A DNA stretch of 63,205 bases, taken from positions 1 to 63,205 of IMG/VR virus record IMGVR_UViG_3300025118_000012; one strand, 5' to 3'. Position 1 is the stretch's first letter; every line of letters starts with the position of its first letter. A program made the position numbers and the translations under genes. Of the stretch, positions 1-9,536 are shown piece by piece. Under the pieces are notes generated by a model. It was not told the DNA's origin, did no database searches, and worked only from the letters and a program-made list of their open reading frames with translations. The stretch comes from a virus. Its lineage: Duplodnaviria; Caudoviricetes.

Positions 1-154
1 AAATTAATGGCAGAGATGAGCGAAGCTATTGCAAAAAGACAACCAAACAAAGCCAGAGCTATTGGTAATGAGGTAAAAGACATTCAAGCAAAATTAAATT
101 CAGTTTTTACTAGAAGGTCAAAGGAAGGTTCTAGATATGATTATTTTCCTATGG
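1..154 (+). repeat. Terminal overlap copy 1
   Basis: Identical to 63052-63205 except at positions 21 (c/t) and 28 (a/g). Confidence 0.97.
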
Positions 155-699
155 TTGAGGCAGATCAATACGGAGACCATGCTTTAAAATATTTAGTACA
201 AAAAGCTGCTAGAGAAGGTGTTGATTATGTAGCCGTTGCTCCTTTTTCTAAATTAAGTTTTAGACAAGGGTATAAAGCAGGGAATGAAAGATTTTATGGA
301 TATGCAACTGGTAAAGGTATAGATAAAAAAGGCTCAGCAGTAATGCCTAATCTTATGAAGAAATTAGCAAAATTCTATAATACAAAAGCAGGGCCACAAA
401 AAATTTCTCTTTCAAATCCAAAAAAAGTTTGGAAAAAAGTTGAAAAAGACAAGTTTGAATACCCAAGTGACCATTCTCAAAAAGGAAGAACAATAACAAG
501 TGAGTATCATGCAGGGGATAGTCTAGATAAATTAGAAGGGTATAAACTTATGCACGCTGATGATCCAAGATTGTATTTTGATGCATTTGCTGTTAAAGTG
601 GAACCTTTAATGAAATTCACCCAAAAAACATATAAAGCTACCGGCGGACTGGTGGTGGATATGTTTAAACCTATAAGGTACAATACATTATGGCTGTAG
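1..699 (+). CDS. 3' part of a ~643-aa protein starting at 61819; GNAT-like region and C-terminal KATGGLV motif
   Basis: ATG at 7 corresponds to in-frame ATG at 63058 of the ORF opening at 61819; LKYLVQKAAREGVDYVAV...FYG resembles GNAT motif B. Confidence 0.8.
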   Translation, partial: KLMAEMSEAIAKRQPNKARAIGNEVKDIQAKLNSVFTRRSKEGSRYDYFPMVEADQYGDHALKYLVQKAAREGVDYVAVAPFSKLSFRQGYKAGNERFYGYATGKGIDKKGSAVMPNLMKKLAKFYNTKAGPQKISLSNPKKVWKKVEKDKFEYPSDHSQKGRTITSEYHAGDSLDKLEGYKLMHADDPRLYFDAFAVKVEPLMKFTQKTYKATGGLVVDMFKPIRYNTLWL

Positions 700-3008
700 A
701 AAAGAATAACGAATTTATTGAAGAAGAAGTTGTAGAGCAACCTGAAGGTTTACCTGTAGATATAACTATTGAAGGTGAGGAAGAAGTTGAAGAAAGACCT
801 CAAGATGATTTTAATGCCAATTTAGCAGAGGAAATGGACGAAAGAACTCTTAGGGAGATGTCTTCTACATTAGTTCAAGATTATAAAAAAGATAAAGGTT
901 CTAGAAAAGATTGGGAGGACGCATACATAAAAGGTTTAGATTTACTTGGTACCAAATACATAAATGTAACAAGACCATTTAAAGGAGCTTCTAACGTAAC
1001 TCACCCGATGCTTGCAGAAGCAGTCACACAATTTCAAGCACAAGCTTATAAAGAATTAGTTCCATCAGATGGACCTGTAAGAACACAAACTGTTGGTTTA
1101 AAAACACCAGCTATTGAGCAACAAGGAGAAAGAGTAAAAGATTACATGAACTTTCTTCTAATGGAAGAGATGGAAGAATATACAACAGACATGGATCAAA
1201 TGTTATTCTATTTACCATTGTCCGGTAGTACCTTTAAAAAAATATATTACGATGCACTATTGATGAGACCCGTCTCAAAATTTATACCTGCTGAAGATAT
1301 TGTAGTGCCTTACTATGCATCTGATTTAAAAGATTGCGAAAGAATTACACACGTCATTAAAATGACGAAAAATGACATTAATAAAAAAATGGCGGCAGGA
1401 TTTTATAGAGATATAGAATTAAACGAAGGAGAGCCAGAGCCAGATAATTTACAGAAAAAATTACATGAACTTGAAGGAGTCAAAAAAACTGGAGATGATT
1501 ATTTACATACAGTTTTAGAAATGCATGTTGATTTAAATTTAGATGAATACGAAGAATTTGATGACAAAGCTAAAAAAATTAAAATTCCTTATGTTGTTAC
1601 TGTAGATGAAGGTAGCGGTGAAATATTATCAATTTATAGAAACTACAAACCAAATGATTTAAATTATTCTAGAGTAGAATACTTTGTTCATTACAAATTT
1701 TTACCAGGACTAGGTTTTTATGGTTTTGGTTTAACTCATATGATTGGTGGTTTATCTACTGCTGCAACTCAATCGCTTAGACAATTAATTGATGCAGGAA
1801 CTTTAAAAAATTTACCTGCTGGATTTAAGTCAAGAGGTATTAGAGTTAGAGATGATGATCAACCAATGCAACCAGGAGAGTTTAGAGACGTAGATGCACC
1901 TGGTGGAAACATACGAGATCAATTTTTCCCACTACCATTTAGTGAACCATCTGTAACACTATATAATCTTTTAGGTTTTGTAGTACAAGCTGGACAAAAA
2001 TTTGCTGCTATCACAGATTCAAATGTAGGAAACGACACACAAAACAGAGCAGTTGGAACTACTGTTGCTCTTATGGAACGTGGCTCAAGAGTTATGAGTG
2101 GTGTTCATAAACGTTGTTACTACGCAATGAGACTAGAGTTTAAAATTTTATCAAGAATTTGTTCTGATTTCTTACCTAAAGAATATCCTTATGATGTTTA
2201 TGGTGGCCCAAGACAAATTAAACAAACAGATTTCGATGGTAGAGTAGATATTCTACCTGTTGCAGATCCAAATATTATGTCTATGGCGCAAAGAGTTACA
2301 TTAGCACAAACTCAATTACAAGTTGCTTCATCTAATCCACAACTTCATAATTTACATGAAGCATATAGAAGAGTTTACGAAGCCCTAGGAACAAAACAAA
2401 TTGAAAATTTACTTAAACCACCCCCTAAGCAACCAGAACCCATGGATCCTGCGAAAGAAAATGCACGTGCATTACAAATGCAAATATTAACTGCATTTGA
2501 ATTTCAAGATCATGACGCACATATACAAGCACACATGGCTTTTATGGCTACAAGAATGGTACAAATTAATCCACAAGTCTATGCATTGCTTCAATCTCAT
2601 ATTTCTGATCACATTTCTTGGAAAGCAAGACAAGAAGTTGAACAAATGATATCCCAAAATCCACAAATGGCAGAAATGCGACAAGCAGATCCAAAGCAAT
2701 TTAGAATTGTGTTTGATGCAGAGGTTGCAAAAAAAGCTGCACAGATAACTCAAGAGCTTGCACAAAGTGAAATGCAGGCAAATGCAAATAAACAAGATCC
2801 ATTAGTAAGAATTAAACAACAAGAAGTTGATTTAAAGGCTATGGACATGCAAAGAAAAGCTGAGGAAACTAAATTTAAAGCAGAAAAAGAAGACGAGAGA
2901 TTAGCTGACAGACTTGATTTTGAATATGATCGTTTGGCAACACAAGATTCACAATCAGATGAAAGATTAGAAGTAGCGAGAGAGAAACTTGAGCAGAATA
3001 AAAAATAA
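690..3008 (+). CDS. Portal protein
   Basis: 772 aa; HPMLAEAVTQFQAQAY, GFYGFGLTHMIG and LRQLIDAGTL portal-type motifs; long helical C-terminus; lies between terL and head genes. Confidence 0.9.
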   Translation: MAVEKNNEFIEEEVVEQPEGLPVDITIEGEEEVEERPQDDFNANLAEEMDERTLREMSSTLVQDYKKDKGSRKDWEDAYIKGLDLLGTKYINVTRPFKGASNVTHPMLAEAVTQFQAQAYKELVPSDGPVRTQTVGLKTPAIEQQGERVKDYMNFLLMEEMEEYTTDMDQMLFYLPLSGSTFKKIYYDALLMRPVSKFIPAEDIVVPYYASDLKDCERITHVIKMTKNDINKKMAAGFYRDIELNEGEPEPDNLQKKLHELEGVKKTGDDYLHTVLEMHVDLNLDEYEEFDDKAKKIKIPYVVTVDEGSGEILSIYRNYKPNDLNYSRVEYFVHYKFLPGLGFYGFGLTHMIGGLSTAATQSLRQLIDAGTLKNLPAGFKSRGIRVRDDDQPMQPGEFRDVDAPGGNIRDQFFPLPFSEPSVTLYNLLGFVVQAGQKFAAITDSNVGNDTQNRAVGTTVALMERGSRVMSGVHKRCYYAMRLEFKILSRICSDFLPKEYPYDVYGGPRQIKQTDFDGRVDILPVADPNIMSMAQRVTLAQTQLQVASSNPQLHNLHEAYRRVYEALGTKQIENLLKPPPKQPEPMDPAKENARALQMQILTAFEFQDHDAHIQAHMAFMATRMVQINPQVYALLQSHISDHISWKARQEVEQMISQNPQMAEMRQADPKQFRIVFDAEVAKKAAQITQELAQSEMQANANKQDPLVRIKQQEVDLKAMDMQRKAEETKFKAEKEDERLADRLDFEYDRLATQDSQSDERLEVAREKLEQNKK

Positions 3009-3147
3009 AACTAATCAAATAAAAAATCTAAGCGGCGGCGTTAGATTTGGACCACCCCCATTAAGAGGCCCCAACCCACAAGGTCTCAAAAGGAAAAAAT
3101 TCAAAAATGTCGGAACCTACACCAAAAAAATCGTCTCTGTACGATAA
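2989..3147 (+). CDS. Small basic Pro/Gly peptide (52 aa, TTG start; not in ORF track)
   Basis: Manual translation LSRIKNKTNQIKNLSGGVRFGPPPLRGPNPQGLKRKKFKNVGTYTKKIVSVR; fills the portal-endonuclease gap. Confidence 0.55.
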   Translation: MSRIKNKTNQIKNLSGGVRFGPPPLRGPNPQGLKRKKFKNVGTYTKKIVSVR

Positions 3148-3475
3148 GCTTTCAGAAAAAAATAAAATAATTTTTTTAGCAGGAGTGTTTGAAGGGGAAG
3201 GTAGTTTTGGTCTTTGGTCAAAGTGGAAAACTAAAAAATATTTTGCCTGTTCCGTAGAAATGACCGATAAAGATGTTGTGCAGCTTTTTTATGACTACTT
3301 CGGGGGGTGTATGTACCTTTGTAAAAGGCGCAAAAAACACCATAAAGACACTTGGAGATGGCGGATTAATGGCAAAGGGGCTTTAAATACACTTGAGAAA
3401 ATGATAGATTACTTGTGTAATAGACGGAAGGAGAAATTTGCAAATGTGGTTCAGTGCCTTAAAATTAGCAGTTAG
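3107..3475 (+). CDS. Single-motif LAGLIDADG homing endonuclease
   Basis: FLAGVFEGEGSF motif followed by VEMTD..V...F...FGG and WRW.I. Confidence 0.85.
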   Translation: MSEPTPKKSSLYDKLSEKNKIIFLAGVFEGEGSFGLWSKWKTKKYFACSVEMTDKDVVQLFYDYFGGCMYLCKRRKKHHKDTWRWRINGKGALNTLEKMIDYLCNRRKEKFANVVQCLKISS

Positions 3476-3827
3476 TGCTGGAAGCAAAATTTACGCTAAC
3501 AAACAGAAGGCAAAAATTGCAATGTCTGACGCACAGGTATTGCATGCAGAACGACAAGCCCGAGGTGAGGAAGCTTACCAGGGCAAACTTTTAGAAGCCC
3601 GTCAAAACGACTACAAGGACGAGGTCGTTTTAGCGATTCTCACACTGCCCATTTTGGTGCTCGCCTGGGGGGTCTGGTCGGACGATCCGGCCGCTATGGA
3701 GAAAATAAAAATTTTCTTCGAGCATTTTGCGGCACTGCCGACATGGTTTACGTCACTTTGGATTCTTGTCTGCGGAAGTATTTTTGGTATAAAAGGCACA
3801 CAAATATTTCGTAATGGCAAAAAATAA
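3444..3827 (+). CDS. Holin (3TM-type)
   Basis: KDEVVLAILTLPILV and LPTWFTSLWILVCGSIFGIKG hydrophobic segments with basic tail; start taken at MWFSALK. Confidence 0.7.
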   Translation: MWFSALKLAVSAGSKIYANKQKAKIAMSDAQVLHAERQARGEEAYQGKLLEARQNDYKDEVVLAILTLPILVLAWGVWSDDPAAMEKIKIFFEHFAALPTWFTSLWILVCGSIFGIKGTQIFRNGKK

Positions 3828-4630
3828 TGCCATTCGAATCAGAAAAACAAAGACGATATATGCATGCTAATCACCCTGAAATCGCAAAAAAATGGACTAA
3901 TAAATATGGAAGAAGAGCAGCTACAGGTAAAATAATGGTTAAAGAAAATAAAAAAAAGAAAAAATTCATACCCGATTATTTAAAGAAAAAAATTAAAGGA
4001 ACTACAATTGGGGGTGGTTTTAATATAGGCGATGATGAGTGGGCAACAACACCAAGCGGAAGTTTAAAACTAGGAAAAGGTAATAAAACAGCAAACATAA
4101 GTATTTCAAAACCTTTTAGTAAAGTAGATAAAAGCAATATAAATAGCACAATAGGACTTGATTTTACAAAAGAAGGGAAAAATTCTTCATTAACTATTGG
4201 TGGAAGTAAAACCGGAAAATCAAAAAATTTTGGAATTTCCTTAACAAAAACTTTTACTAAAGGTGGTGGTGCTGATATGGGTAAGCACAGTCTTTCAGGA
4301 AGAGATGTAAAAATGTTAGGTAAAAAAGGCACAGAAAAATTAATGGAAGCAAGAGGTAAAGTAATTGATTTAGGCACTCCAGAAGGAGAAGCTCATTTAA
4401 GAAAGCATAACCCAGGTTTAACTTACGAATCAAGATATTTACCACCTTGGACAATTATACCAAAGAAAAAACCTAAATATAAAGCAGAGCCTTACACACC
4501 AGGTAAGAAAAAACCTAAATATAAAGCAGAGCCTTACATACCAGGTAAGAATAAAGGTAAGTATAAAAAATTAAATAAAAATACTGGCGGATTTATATCT
4601 ATTAGTGAATACGTTGAAGATATTGTATAA
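3827..4630 (+). CDS. Basic modular protein, candidate virion cargo
   Basis: MPFESEKQRRYMHAN N-module, beta-strand-rich middle, motifs AATGKIM, FTKGGGA and KNTGGFI. Confidence 0.7.
   Translation: MPFESEKQRRYMHANHPEIAKKWTNKYGRRAATGKIMVKENKKKKKFIPDYLKKKIKGTTIGGGFNIGDDEWATTPSGSLKLGKGNKTANISISKPFSKVDKSNINSTIGLDFTKEGKNSSLTIGGSKTGKSKNFGISLTKTFTKGGGADMGKHSLSGRDVKMLGKKGTEKLMEARGKVIDLGTPEGEAHLRKHNPGLTYESRYLPPWTIIPKKKPKYKAEPYTPGKKKPKYKAEPYIPGKNKGKYKKLNKNTGGFISISEYVEDIV
4463..4551 (+). repeat. 42-bp tandem repeat (2 copies plus partial) encoding KKKPKYKAEPYxPG
   Basis: Units 4463-4504 and 4505-4546 differ at one base. Confidence 0.95.
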
Positions 4631-4665
4631 TTTGCAAAAACAAAAATAATCTATATATTGTCGTC

Positions 4666-5250
4666 ATGACTATTCGAGGCGACTCACAAGAATACGACCT
4701 TCTAAAAAAATGGACAGAGACTTTACCTTTTTATGAAGAACCAAAGGTAGTAACCACCGTAGAGATTGGTGTGCGTGAAGGATTGGGCTCTAAGGTTATT
4801 ATGTTAGCCATTAAAGAAAGATTAGGTGGTGCTAAAATACCTTATAAACATATAGGCATAGATCAATATGCTAATTTAAAATATCAACATTATGATAATT
4901 CACCAGCACATACAGCCGACTACACAGATGAAATGAGAAAAACAATGGTAGAAGATTTTAAAGACCACCCGGAGTTTATGTTTTATCACATGAAAGATAT
5001 TGATTTTATGAATACTTTTGTTGAAACAGGTTTTAAAGTTTATGATTTAGTTCATTTTGATGGGCCTCATATGACTAAAGATGTTTTAAGAGAAGCAATA
5101 TGGTTTGCAGATAAATCAAGAGTTGGAACAAGATTTATATTTGATGATTATAAAAAATATGAAATGGATCAAATAGCATTAGTACTAACTCATTTTGGAT
5201 TTAAAACAAAAGAAGCAGGAGATCATAAAATTTGTTTGCAAAGGGTGTAA
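4666..5250 (+). CDS. Class I SAM-dependent methyltransferase (Methyltransf_24-like)
   Basis: VEIGVREGLGS motif I, DLVHFDGPH, IFDDY. Confidence 0.85.
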   Translation: MTIRGDSQEYDLLKKWTETLPFYEEPKVVTTVEIGVREGLGSKVIMLAIKERLGGAKIPYKHIGIDQYANLKYQHYDNSPAHTADYTDEMRKTMVEDFKDHPEFMFYHMKDIDFMNTFVETGFKVYDLVHFDGPHMTKDVLREAIWFADKSRVGTRFIFDDYKKYEMDQIALVLTHFGFKTKEAGDHKICLQRV

Positions 5251-5768
5251 TGAAAGTAATAGATAACTTTCTTGTAAAGGAAGAAGCTGATAAAATAGAA
5301 AAAGAATTTTTACATCCTTTCTTTCCATGGTATTACGCTAAATCTATAAATCCAGACTTTGACCATCTACAGGAAAAACCAAATCATCAATTTCAGTTTG
5401 TTCATTCTTTCTTTTTTGAACATAAAATTCAATCAAATGGTTGGTCGATACTGGAACCTATTATTAATAAATTAAAAATTAAAGCATTAATAAGGGTAAA
5501 AGCTAATTGTATTCCAATGACAGAACAAATAATTACACATGGGTTTCACATTGATTACAAAGACAATCTAACAGCTGTTTATTATATTAATTCAAACAAC
5601 GGCTACACAGAATTTGAAACTGGAGAAAAAGTTGAAAGCATTAAAAACAGAATGATTATCTTTAATTCAAATGTTAAACATAGAGGAACGACTTGTACTG
5701 ATAAACACACCAGAATGAATGTAAATATTAATTTTTATGAACCAAAAGGAGATATGTATGAATATTGA
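5250..5768 (+). CDS. 2OG-Fe(II) oxygenase (FPW...NNGYT.FE subfamily)
   Basis: HID, distal H in KHRG, R in TRMNVNIN; start at MKVIDNFL overlaps the previous stop. Confidence 0.85.
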   Translation: MKVIDNFLVKEEADKIEKEFLHPFFPWYYAKSINPDFDHLQEKPNHQFQFVHSFFFEHKIQSNGWSILEPIINKLKIKALIRVKANCIPMTEQIITHGFHIDYKDNLTAVYYINSNNGYTEFETGEKVESIKNRMIIFNSNVKHRGTTCTDKHTRMNVNINFYEPKGDMYEY

Positions 5769-5985
5769 CACGATATCATTAGTTCAGAGACTTCTTAAAA
5801 GAAGACTCGAGCAACTTAAAGAAACCGCTCTATATAGTGTTGACACGATGGATCAACTACAATATGTTAGAGGACAAATCAAATCATTAGAAGATTTGCA
5901 ACAGGAACTAAAAGACCTGCTGAATAAACAGGAGTTTGAAGATGATAATGTCCACGGTGAAACCGAAACGGACTGGAAAACTTGA
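5758..5985 (+). CDS. Small coiled-coil hypothetical protein
   Basis: LQYVRGQIKSLEDL; GGAG upstream; directly before groES. Confidence 0.7.
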   Translation: MNIDTISLVQRLLKRRLEQLKETALYSVDTMDQLQYVRGQIKSLEDLQQELKDLLNKQEFEDDNVHGETETDWKT

Positions 5986-6388
5986 AGACTCGTATAAAAG
6001 CGAAGAAGAAGTCAGAACAGTTCTAGATCCAAAAGCGATCGATGATAAGCTATTAGCTAGATTACCAACACCAACAGGTTACAGAATATTAGTGTTACCT
6101 TATGCTGGCCCAAAGAAAACTAAGGGTGGTATTCTTTTATCTGATACAACACAAGAAACAATTCAGATGACTACAGTTTGTGGTCTAATTCTTAAAATGG
6201 GGAATCTTTGTTACAGAGACAAAGAGAAATTTCCGTTAGGACCTTGGTGTAAACTAAACGAATGGGTAATATTTAGTAGGTACGCAGGTTCAAGATTCAA
6301 GATTGAAGGTGGAGAAGTAAGAGTGTTGAATGATGATGAAATTATTTCAACAATCAAAAACCCACGTGAAATTTTGCACCATTTTTAA
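5936..6388 (+). CDS. groES: Co-chaperonin GroES-like protein
   Basis: PTGYRILV, KTKGGILL mobile loop, RYAG, VLNDDEII. Confidence 0.9.
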   Translation: MKMIMSTVKPKRTGKLEDSYKSEEEVRTVLDPKAIDDKLLARLPTPTGYRILVLPYAGPKKTKGGILLSDTTQETIQMTTVCGLILKMGNLCYRDKEKFPLGPWCKLNEWVIFSRYAGSRFKIEGGEVRVLNDDEIISTIKNPREILHHF

Positions 6389-6397
6389 GGAGGATAT

Positions 6398-7423
6398 ATG
6401 GCTGAAGAAAATAAAATTCCAGAAGTGGAATTAGATACTGATGGCGTTAATGAAGAAAATGTTAACGTTGATTCAAAAGAACCAGATGAATCTTTTGAAC
6501 AAAAAGAAAATGTTGATCTTGGTTACACTGAGGTAACTAATGGAAAAACAGCAAAGGAACTTTTACAGGAAACAAAAGAAACACCTGAAGAAACACCTAA
6601 AGAAACACCTGAACCAATAAAAAAATCGGAAGAACCGTTAGAGCAAAAGGTTGAGGAAGAAGATAAAGGTGATCTTGGAGAGTATTCTGACAAGGTTCAA
6701 AAGAGAATAAAAAAACTTACCTTTCAAATTCGTGAAGCAGAAAGAAGAGAAAGAGCTGCTATGGATTATGCAAAAGGTTTGAAAGATAAATTTGACACTG
6801 TTGAGAAAAAATATGACGAAACAGACACAAATTATCTTAAACAATACGATGCAAGAATAAATTCTGAAAGAGATAAAGCTAGAACAAATCTAAAAGCTGC
6901 TCTTGATGAAAATGATACAGACAAAATAATGGAAGCTAACGATCTGCTTACTAAATTGGCTGTAGAAAAAGAAAAGGTTTCTATGACTCTTGGCGAAAAA
7001 GAGGCTAGAAAAAAAGAAGCTGAATCACAACCCCAAGCCCCCCAGGAGGGAAAACCACCAGCACCAATTAGTCAAAGAGCTCAAAAATGGGCTGAGAACA
7101 ATGACTGGTTTGGTTCTGATAGAGTGCTTACTGGAGCTGCAATGAGTATTCATGAAGATCTTATACAGCAGGGAATTGACGGAGAAAGTGATCAGTACTA
7201 TAATCAAATAAACAAACGTATGAAGGATTATTTCCCTCAGAAGTTTGCCGAATCTTCGACTGGAGAACAACCAAAGGCTGCACTCGTCCAGAACGTAGCC
7301 TCTGTTAGTAGAAGAGCAGGTGGACGCAAGTCTGTGAAGCTCACCAAATCACAGGTAGTTATCGCTAAGAAATTAGGGGTGCCACTAGAGGAATACGCAA
7401 AATACGTGAAGGAAGGAACATAA
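6398..7423 (+). CDS. Capsid scaffolding protein
   Basis: Acidic coiled coil with 12-bp ETPE/K repeats, C-terminal IAKKLGVPLEEYAK helix, upstream of capsid genes. Confidence 0.7.
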   Translation: MAEENKIPEVELDTDGVNEENVNVDSKEPDESFEQKENVDLGYTEVTNGKTAKELLQETKETPEETPKETPEPIKKSEEPLEQKVEEEDKGDLGEYSDKVQKRIKKLTFQIREAERRERAAMDYAKGLKDKFDTVEKKYDETDTNYLKQYDARINSERDKARTNLKAALDENDTDKIMEANDLLTKLAVEKEKVSMTLGEKEARKKEAESQPQAPQEGKPPAPISQRAQKWAENNDWFGSDRVLTGAAMSIHEDLIQQGIDGESDQYYNQINKRMKDYFPQKFAESSTGEQPKAALVQNVASVSRRAGGRKSVKLTKSQVVIAKKLGVPLEEYAKYVKEGT

Positions 7424-7424
7424 T

Positions 7425-7892
7425 ATGGAAAAAGTTAAAACCTCACGCACGTCCGATACTAGAATTAAACAATCTAGAAAAAAAGCTTGGACACCACCAT
7501 CCAGTTTGGATGCGCCAGCTGCACCGCAGGGTTTCTGTCATAGATGGATACGAACTGCGACTCAAGGTTTGGAGGACGTTGCAAACGTCTCCAAAAAACT
7601 TCGAGAAGGTTGGGAATTTGTTAAAGCTGAAACTATTTTAAGTGAAATTGGCGAAAACGAATACCCAGTCATCACTGAAGGAAAACATGCTGGTCTTATT
7701 GGAATTGGGGGCCTTGTGTTGGCAAGGATACCAGAAGAGATTCTGAAACAACGCGCTGAGTATTTTAGAAAAATTACTCAAGATAGAACAGACGCGCTTG
7801 ATAGGGATCTTATGAAGGAGCAACACCCGGACATGCCAATCAATATTGATAGGCAGTCTAGAGTTACCTTTGGAGGTTCTCGTAAAAAGTAA
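7425..7892 (+). CDS. Head-module hypothetical protein
   Basis: WTPPSSLDAP, RWIR and REGWEFV; between scaffold and capsid genes. Confidence 0.7.
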   Translation: MEKVKTSRTSDTRIKQSRKKAWTPPSSLDAPAAPQGFCHRWIRTATQGLEDVANVSKKLREGWEFVKAETILSEIGENEYPVITEGKHAGLIGIGGLVLARIPEEILKQRAEYFRKITQDRTDALDRDLMKEQHPDMPINIDRQSRVTFGGSRKK

Positions 7893-7952
7893 TATTTTTG
7901 CGATATCTACAAGTAGCTTGGATTAAATAAATGTTAAAAGGAGAAAACAACT

Positions 7953-8528
7953 ATGGCTAACGTAAGTGAACAGTTTGGTCTAAGACCTTACAGAAAACTA
8001 GACGGTACACCATTAGTAGGTGCTCAAAACAGATACACGATTGCTAGTGGCTATGCAACTGCAATATATCAAGGGGACATGGTGGAACCATTAACCTCTG
8101 GTAATATTCAGAAACATGGTGCTAACACATCTGATGCTGTTGTGGGCGTTTTTAACGGATGTTTTTACACTGATCCAACTACACAAAAGCCGACCTATAA
8201 AAACTACTACCCTGGAGGAGTAGCTGCGAGTGACATTACAGCATTCATAGTTGACGATCCAGATGCAGTATTTTTAGTAGACGCAGATGAGGCTTTTACT
8301 AGAGCAGATCTATTTAGAAACTACTCTGTTACTAACACTACTGGTGTTACACAAACAGGAATATCAAAGGCACAATTAGATGTTAGTGTTTCTGGTACAG
8401 CGACTACTTTCGCAATTCAAGCGATCGACATTTCGCAAGACCCAGATAACTCTGACACTTCTGCTGCTAATGCTAATGTTCTTGTTAGAATCAACAACCA
8501 CTTCTATAGAAGTGGTACAGGGCTATAA
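7953..8528 (+). CDS. Capsid decoration/cement-like protein
   Basis: Beta-rich 191 aa directly upstream of the major capsid gene; strong RBS. Confidence 0.6.
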   Translation: MANVSEQFGLRPYRKLDGTPLVGAQNRYTIASGYATAIYQGDMVEPLTSGNIQKHGANTSDAVVGVFNGCFYTDPTTQKPTYKNYYPGGVAASDITAFIVDDPDAVFLVDADEAFTRADLFRNYSVTNTTGVTQTGISKAQLDVSVSGTATTFAIQAIDISQDPDNSDTSAANANVLVRINNHFYRSGTGL

Positions 8529-8547
8529 TAAATAAAGGAGAATAACT

Positions 8548-9465
8548 ATGGCAATATCACGTTCGCAACTAGTTAAAGAACTAGAGCCAGGTTTGAATGC
8601 TTTATTCGGCCTGGAATATAGTAGATATGAAAATCAGCATGCTGAGATTTATACTACTGAAACATCTGACAGAGCTTTTGAAGAAGAAGTAATGTTAAGT
8701 GGTTTCGCTTCTGCACCTGTTAAACAAGAAGGTGCTGGAGTAGTGTTCGATCAAGCAAATGAGACTTTCACTGCTAGATACTCACACGAAACAATCGCTT
8801 TAGCATTTGCTATTACTGAAGAAGCAATTGAAGACAACCTATACGATAGACTTGCTGCTAGATACACTAGAGCATTAGCAAGATCTATGGCAAATACGAA
8901 GCAAGTTAAAGCTGCAAATGTATTGAACAACGCACAGGTTACTACTGTAACAGGTGGTGATGGCGAATCTTTAGTCGGAAACGCTCACCCACTTGCAACT
9001 GGTGGAACTTTCTCAAACGTTCTTGCAACTGCTGCAGACCTTAACGAAACTTCGTTAGAGCAGTCGTTAATCGACATTGCTGGGTTCGTAGACGAAAGAG
9101 GCTTAAAAATCGCTTCTCAAGGTAGAAAAATGATAATTCCAAAAGAATTACAATTTACTGCTGAGAGATTGATGAAGTCTCCTATGAGACCAGGAACTGC
9201 AGATAATGACATAAATGCTGTAAGAAGCATGGGAATGGTACCAGAAGGTTATTCAGTGAATAACTTCCTAACTGATACTGATTCTTACTTCTTAATGACT
9301 GATGTACCTAATGGATTTAAATATTTCGTTAGATCACCAATCAAAACAGCAATGGAAGGTGACTTCGATACTGGTAACGTAAGATTTAAAGCTAGAGAAA
9401 GATACAGCTTTGGGTGGAGTGACCCAAGATGTGTTTTTGGTAACGGAAATCTACCAACTAGTTAA
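8548..9465 (+). CDS. Major capsid protein (HK97 fold, Mu gpT-like)
   Basis: MAISRSQLVKELEPGLNALFG start, KARERYSFGWSDPR end, followed by a strong terminator. Confidence 0.92.
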   Translation: MAISRSQLVKELEPGLNALFGLEYSRYENQHAEIYTTETSDRAFEEEVMLSGFASAPVKQEGAGVVFDQANETFTARYSHETIALAFAITEEAIEDNLYDRLAARYTRALARSMANTKQVKAANVLNNAQVTTVTGGDGESLVGNAHPLATGGTFSNVLATAADLNETSLEQSLIDIAGFVDERGLKIASQGRKMIIPKELQFTAERLMKSPMRPGTADNDINAVRSMGMVPEGYSVNNFLTDTDSYFLMTDVPNGFKYFVRSPIKTAMEGDFDTGNVRFKARERYSFGWSDPRCVFGNGNLPTS

Positions 9466-9488
9466 TAGATAATACGTAAGTATTTAAG

Positions 9489-9520
9489 AAGGGGCGGTGT
9501 TTTACATCGCCCCTTTTTTT
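9489..9520 (+). terminator. Rho-independent terminator after the capsid gene
   Basis: aaggggcggtg-ttta-catcgcccctt followed by a T run. Confidence 0.9.
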
Positions 9521-9536
9521 ATGTATAATATAAAAA

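Noticed and set aside
3008-3475. Group I intron around the LAGLIDADG ORF
   Set aside because: Flanks are coding on both sides and no interrupted gene is evident.
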